NCBI RefSeq assembly: GCF_009914755.1
Contig: NC_060936.1
Source: the human T2T-CHM13v2.0 reference genome, Homo sapiens
DNA length: 64,000 nt
Reading direction: 5' to 3' (one strand)
In this document: piece after piece, positions 11,574 through 27,468 of the stretch
How positions within the stretch are numbered: position 1 is the first letter of the stretch
How the letters are laid out: the number at the start of each line of letters is the position of its first letter
Made by a program: the position numbers and the translations under genes
The notes under the pieces: generated by a model
Seen by the model: the letters and a program-made list of their open reading frames with translations, nothing else
Databases searched by the model: none
What the model was told of the DNA's origin: nothing

Positions 11574-13321
11574 ATCTAGAGCTTGACATAGTAGAGAATA
11601 GGAACCAGAATCCTCCCTCCCACAAACCCACAAACAGGTTGGCCTCTTTCCTCCCCTTCTGGGACACAGCAATGGAAATGCCTTGCCACTATTTACAAGT
11701 CTGAAACTCATGGGGCTCTTTGCCAACACACAACACCCACCCCCACCCCCAACCCTGCACCCGCAAATACTGTGAATACTAAAATCAGTTATCTTGGGCT
11801 AAATCAGACAGCTCTTCATACTTGATTCTAGGATGGACAAAACGTTAGCAAATGCTAGCAAGTATAGAAAAATTGGTGAGAGAAACCTAAATTTGAGAAA
11901 ATTATCTCCATTACTTTTTTTTTTTTTTAAATGGAAAAAGGCTCTCGTTACCCTGTCCTCCACCCCTTACTCTTCTGTTAGAGTAGCAGATCCCTTGATC
12001 CAGGAAGCTGTGATTTATGGATCTTTGTGGGGAAAGGAAAAGGGGAGCAGAGTGAAGAGGGGAGGCTGGATGGGCAAGCGCAGCTCAAAGGGGAACGTCA
12101 GGCAGAATGTCCCAGGGCTGCTGACTCTGGCTTGGAAAGAAGCTTAGATCAGAAGTTTCCCTCAGACTTGCACTTCTAACTGGCCTCATGCTGCTTCTAC
12201 GGAACTTCTGAAACTGAATTTTCTTTCTTGTTTCTTCTCTCTTTAATTCAGGTTGGTATAAGAACTAGGCTTTTCTCTTGACTTTCATTCGGCCCTGAAA
12301 TAAAATTAGAAATATATTTTATAGGTTTTATTTAATGAAAGCAATTATTGCTCCAAGGCCTTTTATGATAAAGTTGCCAGTTTGTAATAAATTATCTTAC
12401 AGTTACTTTCTAGGCATTATAAGGTATCACAGAAAGGAGGCAGCAACGTTCCTGCTTTTATTAGCCAAGAATATGGTTGAGGAGACAGTGAGGTAGCCAG
12501 ATCATCTTCCCATGTGGGAAAAGACCTGTTCCCCTGCCCTTGATTCATCCTGCCAGCCCCCTGCAGCCTTATCCTCTCTGCCTCCTCAATACCCAAAACC
12601 ACCAAATCATGTGACGGGACGATGGGTAAAACCGGTAGTGAAAGGGGAATGCAGTTACATGTTCCCAGGCCGTGTGCAGAAGAGGTGGGGTTTGGAGTCT
12701 GATAGTCTTGGGTTTGAATCTGGGCTCAGCCACTTTACTCTGGGCAAGTCTCTCAACCTCTCAAAACCTGTTTCCTCTTCTGTAAACAGGCAATGACCAA
12801 AACCTGCCCTCGCATATTTGTGGTGAGGTCAGAAAATAATACATGTACCACGTCTAGCCATCTTTCCTGGTGTGAAGTAGGTGCTCATTCTTTTTTGATT
12901 CAGTTTTCCTTGTCTGAGGTGTGCTTTTCTCTTGTCTCCTGTAAGCTTCACTAAGCAGAAAGTGTCCCGTCAGTATTCTTTTTGGTTGGTTATTTATTGA
13001 TGATGTGGGATGTGGGGGAGTTGATTAGCTGATTCCATCATCATGAAAAGCATTTCTTGGGTGCCTGTGTGCTTATGTTCTTGTTAAAAATGTTACATAT
13101 GACCGCTGTGATGGGGTGTTTACAACCTGTGGCAGACAGTATCCCATTGGGCAGATGTGAACAGGAGGCGACCGTGATAACCTGTGAGAGGCTGATGGCT
13201 GACATGCTACAAAGGGGCCAGGCCCTTCCAGCCTGGCCCTCTTCCCGGGCCTTCTGGACCATACATTTTCCAATAGTCTTTTCTTTCTCATAACCCTCCT
13301 TGGTAATAGGCATCATTCCCA

Positions 13322-13915
13322 AATCAATCAGGATGCAGTTCAGTTGTACAGAACAGAGACCCAAGATGTCTGTGGCTTCAGCAACAGAGAAGCTGAGTTC
13401 TCTCCCTGGTGGCATTCTGGGTGGGCAGTGCAGGGCTGGTAGAGCAGCTGCTCCTCTCTTGTCCTCATATTCTAAGTGTCTGCTCACCCCAGCCTCATTC
13501 CCCATCCCAGCCAGCAGGATGTAAGCAGGGCTGTAGAAAGGAGGGCAGATGGTCACCAGCCATCTTTTAAGGAAGTGCCACATAACATATCCACTTAATG
13601 TCATCGGCCAGGACTTAGTCATAACCAGAACATGTCCTGACTCTGAGCTGCGAAGCCAAGAGGCCAGCTCTGGGTCACCATCTCCCAGTGCCTCCTGGCC
13701 CTGCCATCCTAGTCACAAGATGGCTGCCACCGCTCCAAGCACTACTCTCCCTTTTGTTCGGATCGAAGACTTCCCACTGGGCATGGTGGCTCACACCTGT
13801 AATCCCAGCACTTTGGAGGCCAAGGTGGGAGGATCATTTGAGCCCACTGAATCTGGAGCATACTGGCCACACCTGGCAGCAGCAGAGGCTGGGAAATGTC
13901 ACCTTTATTCTGGGT
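13322..13915. mobile_element. Old MaLR LTR (MLT1J/K-like) interrupted by a templated insertion at ~13622-13860
   Basis: ggccaggacttagtca...tggccacacctggcagc...gaggctgggaaatgt matches the MLT1 motif once the insert is removed. Confidence 0.65.
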
Positions 13916-15092
13916 GAACAGAAGCTCTGTAAAAATGTCCTTGGGTGGCACCGGAGGCACAGGGTGCTCCAGATTCAGTGGGTTCTGTGGGGTTCAATAT
14001 CAAGCTGGGGTGAGGAGGTCAAGCCTCCTCTACCAGATCGCCTATGTCCAGCCTGTCTCCTGGGAGGGCATTCATTGAGGCCTTCAAGCAGAGGGGAACT
14101 GCCCTTGGGAGGCTCATCACCTTGGCTGGCCTCTTCGCTTCGCAGCCCAGAGTCAGGACACATCCTAGTTATGACTCCCACCGGCTCCATGATTTTGGAC
14201 ATGCTTCTAAATCTCTCTGGTCTCGGTTTCCTCATCCATTAAATGAGGCTAATAATGGCACCTACTTCATAGAGCAGTTGTGAGGATTGAATGAACCTAT
14301 AATTGCATTCCCAGTACGTGATAAGCACTCAATAAATGCTGGTCCTTATTATTACAAATCTAGAACCATATTCTTTTCTTTACCATATTTTTTTCCTATG
14401 AATAGTACAGGGACTCTCTTTCAGGTGGCAGGAGGTGGTTTTGGGAGGCAGGCCTGGGCTACAAGTCCTCCACCCATACTTCCACCCAAAGAAGGTGGGA
14501 TTTTTTTCTGTAGACTTCCTGACCTGATAGCCTGAGTGAGTGATTGAAGCTTCCTGCTCACCAGTCTAATTAGAGACTGGAAGCCAAGTGTCTCCATGGT
14601 CTAGGGGCCTCCCTCATGAACTACAGCTCTTTGCGACCCAATTCAAATGTTGCCTCCTCCATGCAGCCTTCCTTGATTTCTCTGTTTGAAAACCCCCTGC
14701 CGACCTAAAAGAGGTACCTCTCTAAATCCCTAAAATGCTCCGTCTGTACCTCCCACATTCTACCTGGCATTAGAATGTGTTGTATATGCCCCACAGTTCT
14801 TCTACTAGTCTGCTAGTACTTCCCAAGCAGGATGAGTACAGGTTCTGATTTGTATCACCTACAGTGCCCTGCACACAATAGGTGCAAAGTAAATGGTCAT
14901 CAATAGACGAATCTACCTCAGCATCCACAAAATGAGCTCTGGCAGTTTGGCACATGCAGCTATAAGTAAGAGAAAATTGAACTAAGGATGCCTGAAATAG
15001 TAAGAGCATGACTTGCCTCTTAGAGCAGAAAGTCTGGAGGGAAGGAGCTCCAAGCCGGTCCCTACATTCCGTGGTGTCAGAGCTCTGCGTCA

Positions 15093-15497
<405 letters not shown>

Positions 15498-17863
15498 AAA
15501 CCCTTGGTTTTATGTGTTGGCCAGAGCTGGGTTACATGACCAGTCCCTGGTGAAAGAGAAGGGAGTTGCTGCTGATCATGCCTCCCAACCCAGGCTGGAC
15601 CCACTGCTGTGCAGACCTGGCCTTTGTTAGCAGAGGAGGGATGGCTGCTGGTTGGACGACAAACCAGATCTGCCACCGCAGCTTACTGACACTTTCCTGC
15701 CAAGGAAATAGGAAGAGGCAGGGCAGTCCCTCTAAACAGAGGGCAGATTTCTGGGGAAGGGACCAGTGTACATTTCACAGCTCTTTAGCCTTTCATGGGT
15801 ATTTTCTGGGTATTATGCCATCCCATCGATTTGGACCATGCTTACTTTACAAAACATTCCTGTACTTCCAAAGGCAGGATCACCGAGTGTTTAAGAACAC
15901 GGAGCTTGAGTACCCGGTTCTACCATCTTCTTGCTGGCTGACCTTGTGCCATTTATTTAACCTCTCTGTGCCTCAGTTTCTCATCTGCCACAAGGGGATG
16001 AGTAAAAGAATCTACCTCACAGGGTTGTTTCTGAGATTTACATATACAAATACACACACGTCATTTAAAACAGTGTCTGGCACCTATAAAGCACTCCTTA
16101 ATTTGCTATTATTATGTGTCATTATTTAGTGATCCTGTCACTCCTTTGAGATAGGAACAGTGAGGATTTTAAGGCTCAGCGAAGTTAGACGACTTCCCTA
16201 CATTCCCTCAGCTGGTGAGCAGCAGAGAATGGGAGGGTCCAGGTGGCCCGGTGCTGGGCCTGGAACTCAGGGCCTTGACCCCCACTGTCCTCCCTACTCA
16301 GAATCCTCTGTGGACACTTGCTGAGGGTGATAGTCACTGATGGGTGACTGTTGTCCCACAGATGATGCTTTTGTCTCTGAAATTTATCATGAATTATCTG
16401 AGAACAAGGACTATGTCATAACATCTCTCTGACATCCCAGCCCTAATACTAAATAGGGCAGGAGAACATGCTGGTTAAATGGGCTTTGGTGGGAGTGTGG
16501 GAGGCGGAGAGATGGCGCTTCCATCGAGGTGTCTCCCCCGATGGGGTACAGTGGCTGAGGGCAGACGCTGTGATGTCACGCTGTCTGACATGGCACAGGC
16601 ATCTGCTCCCCATCACAGAGCAGAGGCCCGCGTGCACTTTCCCAGCCTGGGGGTGGAGGTGTTAAGAGGCTGACCCCAAGGGCCTTGACTGTACTTACGC
16701 CTTAAGAAACTGCTGTTTGAGCACTAAGTGTTAGCAGCATGAAAAATGAACACATATCAATTTATGTCTGAATTTACTCTCAGAATTCCCTGTGGACTCT
16801 GTAAAATGCCATTTTGCCTCTTTTCCACCCATCCAGCTGTGGAGGCAGTGGCAGATTTACATTATTTTACATCCAGTTAAGGGTGTTTTTTCTTTTGGTT
16901 ATGTTTTTAAAAAGAACATTTATTGCCCATAAAAAAGTGTTTTTGTTAAAGACAATAGTGCCTTTAGGTAGTAATAGAATGCTGTTTCACAAATATTTAT
17001 AAAACTATTAAACAAGCTGAGATTGCTGAAGCTCCGATTAAAAGGTGCCTCCCATTCATCTTTCCCTTTAGAAACTGAAGTAGCTTAACTGCAATTACCC
17101 ACCACCATGAGAAGATCACCTTGCAGAGAAATAAGGCAAGACCCCAACAAGATCGTAGGTGGTGGCACCAGCATTGACCCCTTCACACCCACCCCTCCCA
17201 CTGGTGTGGGGAATTTAGCTTAGGACATTGCTTACAGCCTGAGCTAAGCCAGGGTTTCTGGAGGGTCAGGAGGGCTCCTGGGCTATAGGTGGAACCAGAA
17301 GGAGGGAGGGAGGGCGGGTGGTAAAGCGGGGATGGCATAGCCGAGGGGTTTGTGGCACCAATTGTGCAGTTAGGCAAATCTGGCTTCAATTCCTGGTTCT
17401 GCCACTGGTGAGCTGTTCCTGGAGCAAGTTACTCAGCCCCTCCGTGCCTCAGTTCCCTCACTTTACAACAGGGATGGGAATAATAATCCAGGAAACATTT
17501 CTAGAAAAGAGAGGTGAGGAGAGGGCTCGGGTGTGAGGCTTCACATGTTGGTTCCTTCTAGACACTCTGCCCACCAGCTCCCTGCCTTCTCTCCTGTCTG
17601 GTATTTTTTGTTTCTTGTTTGTGAGCAGACAGGCCTTTGAACCCCTTCCTAGTCGGTGGCTGGCCCAGAACATAAAGGTTCTCTGAGAGCAGGCAAGGGA
17701 GTGACTCTGTTGTAGGAGGGAAACTCGTACAGGCCAGACGGAGATCACCGGCTTACCTCAGAGTTCAGATTCCACTGATTCGGAGTTTTAATCATTTGGT
17801 TGAGACCAGAACAAAATTTACTCTTGCGTAATTATCAACAGGATTATAAGGGCAAGATTTAGT

Positions 17864-18205
17864 GGTGTTTGTCTCAGCTCTTTATAAACACCATAAACTG
17901 GGTGGCTTATAAATAATAGAAACTTATTTCTCACAGTTCTGGAGGATGAGAAGTCCAAGATCAAGAGTTGGTGTCCTGTGAGAGCCCCCTTTCTCATGAT
18001 GGCGCCTTCCTGCTGGATCCTCACATGGTGGAAAGGGCAGGGCAGCTCTCTGAGGCCTCTTTTATAAGGGCACTAATCCCATTTATGAGGACTCTGCCCT
18101 CATGATCTAATCCCCTCCAAAGGCCCCACCTCCAAGTACCATCACCTTGGGGGTTGGGATTTCAATACCTGGAGTTAGGGGGACATCAATATTCAGATCA
18201 TAGCA
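17864..18205 (-). mobile_element. MLT1A-like MaLR solo LTR
   Basis: aaactgggtggcttataaa...ttctcacagttctggagg...aagtccaagatcaag...attcagatcatagca. Confidence 0.8.
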
Positions 18206-18777
18206 GCATTAAAGACAAGATACACCCCTGAGAACCTCCCGAAATTTCAGAAGCCCCACATCCACGTCAGTGGTCCATAAGTCACGGGCTCACATGCCAG
18301 ATGCTGTTCTAAGAACTGTGCAGTTACTGTTGTTATGCCCTCTTTGCAGATGAGAAAGCGACATACACAGAGGTTACACAGCTGGTTAGGGATGGGCTCA
18401 GAGGTCACCCAGCTGGCTTGCGGTGGACTGGGATGAAAGCCAGGAGTCTACTGGCTTCTACTGGGTTCATTGCTGGCAGCCTCCTCCTTATTCAGAGATA
18501 CTGAGCATGGAGTGGGCGTCCTAGCTGTCCAATGTGGGCTGAATCTGTTTGCAAATGAGTGGATACTAATGCCAACAATAGTAATTGTACAGGTTTTATT
18601 GCCGATACTATCGTCAAGCCTTTCCCAGCAGCCTGGCCCTGTGCTAAGCCCTTGAATGCATGATCACATTTAATCTCCCTAACAATGCTAGAAGGCCGGT
18701 ACTGTTATTACACCCATTTTTAAGTTGAGGTAGGCCTGAGGGTTCCCATCTTCCATATGATTTGTGTTTTCATCTCT

Positions 18778-18987
18778 CCCCTGAGCCCTACGCAAATCAG
18801 ACATTGCCTCCTGCAGCCTCTGCATATATACCTGGCTAGTGTCCACAGTACTTGGGGACCTCCTCTTTCGGCTTTGGAGCCCCCCCTCCCTCTGTCTCTG
18901 TATGGGCGAGCATCTTCCTTCTGTCTTCTCCCTTCCTTCTTGCCTGTTAGACTCTCCACTCCTTAAAACCAAAAAAACAAAACAAAA
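18778..18987 (+). mobile_element. ERV1 LTR 3' fragment (MER50-like) with A-rich tail
   Basis: caaatcagaca...ccctctgtctctgta...tcttgcct...ctctcc...ccttaaaacc followed directly by aaaaaaacaaaacaaaa. Confidence 0.6.
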
Positions 18988-19538
18988 TTCCCATTACTTG
19001 ATCATTTTACATTCCCTCGTTAAGCCAGGCTCAAAACATTAAATAATTATGCATTTCACACCATACCCAAGCCTTTCTGACTTTGTGATTACCAAGGTGC
19101 ATTAGAATCTAAACTGCTATGTTATGCTATTTGCAAAATACTCTTGGCTCTTCCCTGAATCAATTCCCGTGAGGGTACGTATCAGGTAAAACTTTGTTGT
19201 TTTAGATCTATTTGTTCTTAGACAAAGTAAACTTGGAATTGCTTTTCAGTTTGTTTTGAAATATTCCCTAGTTCTGTGTTTTCACACGTGCACAAAGGCC
19301 TTACTTCCCCCATTAGTCTGATTCTGAAGTTTTGCTGCACTAGGAGAATGTTCACTGACAAAATGTTAAGTAATGGTGCTGAAATGTAAAGTAATTAATG
19401 CAAGAATCATAGTATGGGGTGGGGATCTCAGTGCTTTAATGAGGGCTGGGGAAACCATCTGACTGAGGATGTTGAAAGCGGAGGGGTAGATGAATGTTCC
19501 TGTAATTAATGCTGCATATTAAAAAAGTGACCTCTTTG

Positions 19539-19876
<338 letters not shown>

Positions 19877-20295
19877 TCACCTAGAACTGCACTTCTGGGA
19901 CTCTGTGGTCCTATTAATAAAAAAGATAATCACCAATCTGCCTCATCTACTGTGGAACCCTTCCAATTCTTTTTTTTCTTTTTCTTTTGAGGAGAAATTA
20001 GAAATCACCAAATTACCATTTTTAGACTATTTATGTGTATATGTATATTTTACTCTCAGATATATTTATTCAATGCTTGCTCTATAATGAGAGTTTTAAC
20101 TTTCTGTTTTCCCTTCCATTATCCCTGAAAAGAATGGATTATGGAGAAAAGATGAAAGTAGTCTAATGCAATACAGTGTTTGCTAATGTGCTGTCAGAGG
20201 TATTAGTGGGACTTGCTAAGGTTTGTGTCTTTTATGAAATGCCTTTCAGATTGCAATTATCTAATAGACTTGGAAACCTGTTTGTACTCTTGCAG

Positions 20296-20473
20296 GCATT
20301 AAACGTCGTCTTTGAAAAAATCCCAGAAAACGAGAGTGCAGATGTCTGTCGGAATATTTCAGTCAATGTTCTCGACTGTGACACCATTGGCCAAGCCAAA
20401 GAAAAGATTTTCCAAGCATTCTTAAGCAAAAATGGCTCTCCTTATGGACTTCAGCTTAATGAAATTGGTCTTG
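20296..20473 (+). CDS. PLXNC1: Plexin C1 coding exon 5/14 (ALNVVFEK...VLDCDTIGQAKEKI...; start of RhoGTPase-binding domain)
   Basis: ttgcAG / GTAAGG, 178 nt; VLDCDTIxQxKEKI is the plexin RBD motif. Confidence 0.97.
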
Positions 20474-21797
20474 GTAAGGCGGTGCGGGAGCTATGTGGTC
20501 CCAGGCCCTGATGAGTGTCCCTCCCTGCCTGCCCTCCCTCCCTGTCCCCCCTCCCTGCCCCACCAGCTTCCATTCAGTGACACTTACACAGCCAGGTTGT
20601 TCCTGGAGGGCATGTCTAGGGGCCAAGAGACTGCTTTGGTCTCTCATGGGCATCCTGATTCTTCGAAGGAAGCACGGTCCTTCAAAGATGGCGTTTGTTG
20701 TTGTTGTCTTTAAATATTACGTCTGTAAATCAGATTGATGAGATTGCAGGCCCTGAGACTGCACGGAATCACCTTGCATCATGAAATACAGAAAGGTGTC
20801 AACACAGTGCCCTCTGCGTGTGTTGCATTTCACATTGGCATTTGATTTGTTTGTTGTGATACTGAGCGTGTCATTACTGGGTGGCTCAGACTCTGGGTGT
20901 TAACTCTAGCCTGCTAGAAAGGTCATCTTCCTCTGCTAATCACATCCTGTATTAAGTATATGCTCCGTCCTCCCCCAGTGTGCAGCAGCATCTGCTATGA
21001 ATTCATTTTCGGGCTCTACTGGTATACTGCAAAGGAGAGCATATGCGTGAGCAAGCTAACAGGGCCCCACTTCCCTCAAATGTTCATCAACATTTTAAAG
21101 TTGAGCTCCGTGCAGTCCTCCCAGGAGACTGTTGTGGGATTTTATAGCAGATAATGGGACAGAAATGAAGAATAGAATCATGGTGGTGACAGACAGTGTA
21201 ACGAGGTTCACTTCCCCTTGATGTACAGTTATAGGCCTTGACTAAGCAGGCAATTAAAATCCTCCCACTCGGCCCTCCCAGTCCAGCCCCCTGCTAAAAG
21301 GCCATTGATAAAGCCTTGAGGCAGGGTCTTGGAAGTTTGAGACCATGCAAATGTGGGGCAACTTGGTGATGTGGCTTTAAAGAAAGCAGGGCTGCTAAGG
21401 CACCCCTCTTCTGCTTCCTTCCTTGGGTGACCGTTGAGTCACTTGAGGACCATTTTAGCTCATTTGGTTAGATACAGGATCAAAGGGGGAGCCCCAGCCA
21501 GGACACCATGACCCTGACCCCAGACCCCCAGCTTCCTTGCTCTGAGCATACATCTTGCAAATATGTGGCTGTCACTACAAAGGACATGGGCATACCCCGC
21601 CCGACAGTCTTGGTCCTGCCGCTGATGAGTAGGTAGTAGCATCCTTACTCTTTTCCTGAGTTTGGGTGTCCCTTGCCTCCTAAAGTAGGAAGGCAAGGAG
21701 CAGAGCAAGGAGGGGGCCTGGGGACACAGCCTATCAGCTATGTCAGGCTTCTGTGTGCCTGCTGATTTCCCAGACTACCTCCAGAAACCAGCCATCA

Positions 21798-22576
<779 letters not shown>

Positions 22577-23119
22577 TGAGTTGACACTAAAATAATAATT
22601 AAACACCATGCAGGTTCCAAAAAAAGAAAAATCACATTTGTGCACCACATGCTCACCTAGGCATAGGTTAGCAGCCTTGGCCAGAGAGTCTGCCCACTGT
22701 GGTGCTGGGACCTTCGCACACTGATGCCTCCCCCTCCACCCCGAACAGGAGCCTACAGAGATGGTTCATATCATGCCTCTCTTTGTGAACATGGGCACAC
22801 AAGTGTGAGCATATACAAATTTGCTTCTGGAATTTTTGTTGAAGAGCTTAGTCGTCCCTCATAGAATGCATTATTTTGTCTTCAGTGGCTTTACTTCCAG
22901 GCTTATCAGGGAAGAAGTGGTTTGAAACATCAGAGCCCTAAACAAACAAACAAAGTAAAACAGAACTCAGAATTCAGGCTACCAGTCTGGCTGATGCATC
23001 TCTACACCTTCAAACAAAGATTTACCACTTTATTCAAGTTTTAGTTATCCATAAATTTGTGAAAGTAAAGTGGTGGCATTTTAAAACTCTCTAAAAAGGA
23101 ACAAAATGCTCTTTTTCAG

Positions 23120-23223
23120 AGCTTCAAATGGGCACACGACAGAAAGAACTTCTGGACATCGACAGTTCCTCCGTGATTCTTGAAGATGGAATCACCAAGC
23201 TAAACACCATTGGCCACTATGAG
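23120..23223 (+). CDS. PLXNC1: Plexin C1 coding exon 6/14 (ELQMGTRQ...LNTIGHYE)
   Basis: ctttttcAG / GTAAGA, 104 nt; LNTxxHY plexin RBD motif. Confidence 0.96.
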
Positions 23224-24280
23224 GTAAGAGCAAGACTTGACCCCGTGTCTCCTTCCTCATCCCCAATCCTAGTCCCATGGACATTCTTTTAAAACATCCA
23301 GGACTCCCACCCATTTCCTGGAATGACTTGCAGATCGATCGTGTCTGGGGCTGAAGTTTTCTTTCGTTGCTTGTGCAGACAAGCCCATGAAGGGCGCTCA
23401 CAGTGTACTTGTCACGTATTCCCTTCTCAGAAGGCTATGATTTTCTATCTCCTGAACTCTCTCCACCCTGAGGTTCAGCAGAAAAGAACCTAGGAAAAAA
23501 GTCTAGGAAAGCCAGAGAAGAGTTATCCTTTAGCCTTCACTGGGTGACAAGCGTGCTGATGCTAAACAAAGCCCGGGAAGTCCCAAGCCTCGCCTCCCTC
23601 CACAACATTCACAGTAGACCTTGTAACCTTTTGTGTAGGTCCTTGCTTCCTGAAGAAGTTCTAAATTTCCTGTTTGTTTGCAATATTGAGCGATACTTCC
23701 TTTGGCCTCTTAACCCACATACTGGGTGAGTGCCGAGGGCGGTGAGGGGTGCACGTGACTTCTCAGAGATCTGAGTGCCAGAGAAACCTGCACATAACAA
23801 GACAGAGGAGGCAGTGAAGGTTCCTGAACACACTGGGATACTGGGGTTCACTTGTTTAGCAGTATTATCTGAATCTTTGTTGAATATCCACTCTGATAAG
23901 AGCTGGGGCTGCATGGGAGAGGAGCAAAGACCAGGTCCCTGCCCTCACAGAGCCTGCAGCCCTGGGGAAGGAGTGCAAAAAAGGACGGAGAGACAAGTAG
24001 AGTCAACACCTTGCGTGTAGTAGTGCTGTGTGGCTTGGAGAATCCAAGAGGCTTCCTGGAGGAGGTTATGACTGAACTGAGAGCTAAACAATGAGAATTT
24101 AGCCAGACTGGGCTAGGGTGCAGGCACATCCAGCAGGGAAGGGAGAGCATGCGTGTTAGACTAGTCAAAACTTGAGAGGGGCAATGGAGAGGGGGAAGGA
24201 GGGCAGTGACAGCTGATTATAGTCAGTGCTTATGAAGTACTTACACCACACCAGGTACTATTTCCAGCATGTCCCTGTAA

Positions 24281-25387
<1,107 letters not shown>

Positions 25388-27442
25388 GTATTTCGCCCCA
25401 TTCTATCCTATAGCAGTCCTACGAGATAGGTACTATTATTAACCCCACTTTATAGATGGGTACGATGAGGCTCTGGGAGGTCTGGTAACAGCTAGTCAGT
25501 GGCAGGGCCAGATTCGGACCTGGATAGTTGGCTGTAGGGTCTGTGGCTGAACCAGTCCATGCTGTGGCCTCTTACAAGATGTAGGGGTAGGGAGGCAAGC
25601 AGGGAAGATGCAGATCACACAGATGGGGGCAGCCTCTTCAGGAGTTCTGAGTCTTATCCCAAGAACAGTGGGAAGCCATGGGAGGTCCTGAAGCAGGGAG
25701 GTTAGTATTTCAGAAAATGAGTGGGGCTGTGTGTGAGATGTAGATAGAAGGGGTGCAAACCTGGAAATAGCCCCATTAGAAGCTGTGGATTTCTGGTGAG
25801 GATTGGTGCTGTCCAGCAATAATGCAGTGGCTCTGGACAGACACAGAGACACACAAATGGAATCAGATGCTCAGGAGGAGGACACCACAAGTCACGTGGA
25901 TGGGAGGGATAGTAAGATGAGGGTGGGGTCAAAGATATCAGTTGGGGATGACTGTGCAGATGCCTGGAGGCAGGTGCTTTCCTAGAGAAGACAGGAGGAG
26001 GAGCAGCTTCCCAGCACACCGGGAGGGTAGGGACCCCCTGTTTTTCATGGCTGTACAGTCCCAGGGTGACAGGTCTGCACCAGGAAGGACCTAGGACTCT
26101 GCCAGATTCTCCCCTTGCCCAGGAAGAAGTGAGACTGTTCCCGAGCAGAGCTTCTTAGACAATGGCCAGGGACAGAGAACACCCATCCTTGGGCTTTTTG
26201 GCTGAGTGGGTCACCCAGTTTGAAAGTGGTTGCGTTGGGTGATGACTGAGGTGCTGCCCCTGTGGCATTGCTGTAGGGAGTCTAGCAGAGAAAGCTGCAG
26301 GCTAGCAACTTGCCCCGTGCTCACTCTCCTATAGCTCAGACTTGCCAACCCTGGAATCATCTTGCCAAGAGCAGTCGTTCTTAGCTTTTGGAGTTTGTAA
26401 AAATCCCCAGGGAGTTTTCTAAAAGTGTGCATTCTTGGGCTCAGGAATAAGGGGCATCTTTGGCTGTATTTGGAAAAACACGGCCCCAGAGGGAAGGTAA
26501 TGGCCAGGAGGAGATCGGAGTCAGAGATGCTGCCCTGCTGGGTGGAAGTGCTTATCATGGCATCAGTTCAGGGTTCTAGACCTGCAAGCCAGCACCTCTC
26601 CCTGTGTCTGGGTGGCAGGCTTGTCTTGATGAGTTAGGAGGGGACACAGACTCCAAGGCCCTCCTCTGGTGCTGTTGACTGGAGTTCTTGTCTTGCTCAG
26701 CTGTGCCTCCCCTGCCAGGCTTCTCAGCATCCCTTGGCCACTGTGGGGCATGGGGTGGGCCGCAGAGGCAGGGGATGGGGCTACCCACTGCCATTAATAG
26801 GAGGAGGCAGGGCAAGTCTCTCCAGCAGGGAGAATGAAGAACCACCACAGCTGTCTGCAAGGCAAGGTGAAGGCCTGTCGGGAGAGATAGAACATCAGTC
26901 TTCACTGCAGACATCGGCCGTGCTAGACACCTATCTGCTTAAGGATGATAATGAAATTAATCCGGCCTGTAGTCACTTCCCGTCCAAATGATTTATTGGC
27001 CTCATACCCCAGTGTTGCTGCATGGTGGTAATAAATGACAAGCCTAGGACATGAAGGCTTAAAGGATTCTCCTTATGTTTAAAAAGCTAAGCCATAAGGC
27101 AAATAAACCAGAGAGCCTGAAGGAAACGGGAGGTCATTGGGCTCCATGTTCTCTATGCCTGGACCATCTCAAAAGCCCTGTTTTTTAAAGGCTGCTTGGA
27201 GAAAATCATCCCCCACCACCCTCAGCCACCTACATCTATATTTGATTAAGCAGCGCCTCCGCAGACTCAACATTTGGGAGTAATTTGACAGGGCTGGGCT
27301 GAAGTTTGCTTTTACCCTTTTGTTAAAGAAAAAATTTTCTCTTGAGCACTAGCATTTCCCTCCAAAGAGACAAGATGCTAATTATCACTCTTATTCATTT
27401 ACTAAAGCACCCTAGTTTGAGTCACTGTATGTGCTTAAAAGC

Positions 27443-27468
27443 AAAAAAAAAAAAAAAAAAAAAAAAAA
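27443..27468 (+). repeat. Solo poly(A) tract (A26)
   Basis: Direct count; no Alu or L1 body upstream; another solo A18 at 1656-1673. Confidence 0.9.

Noticed and set aside
13041-14283. Long overlapping ORFs (193 aa on -, 184 aa and 122 aa on +) with self-similar peptides (ITRTCPDSELRS / ITRMCPDSGLRS)
   Set aside because: They run through MLT1, Alu and MIR fragments; the peptide similarity is a by-product of the inverted templated copy, with no splice or domain support
27443-27468. A26 tract as an intronic polyadenylation site or retrocopy tail
   Set aside because: No upstream AATAAA, element body or TSD; more likely to cause oligo-dT internal-priming artefacts
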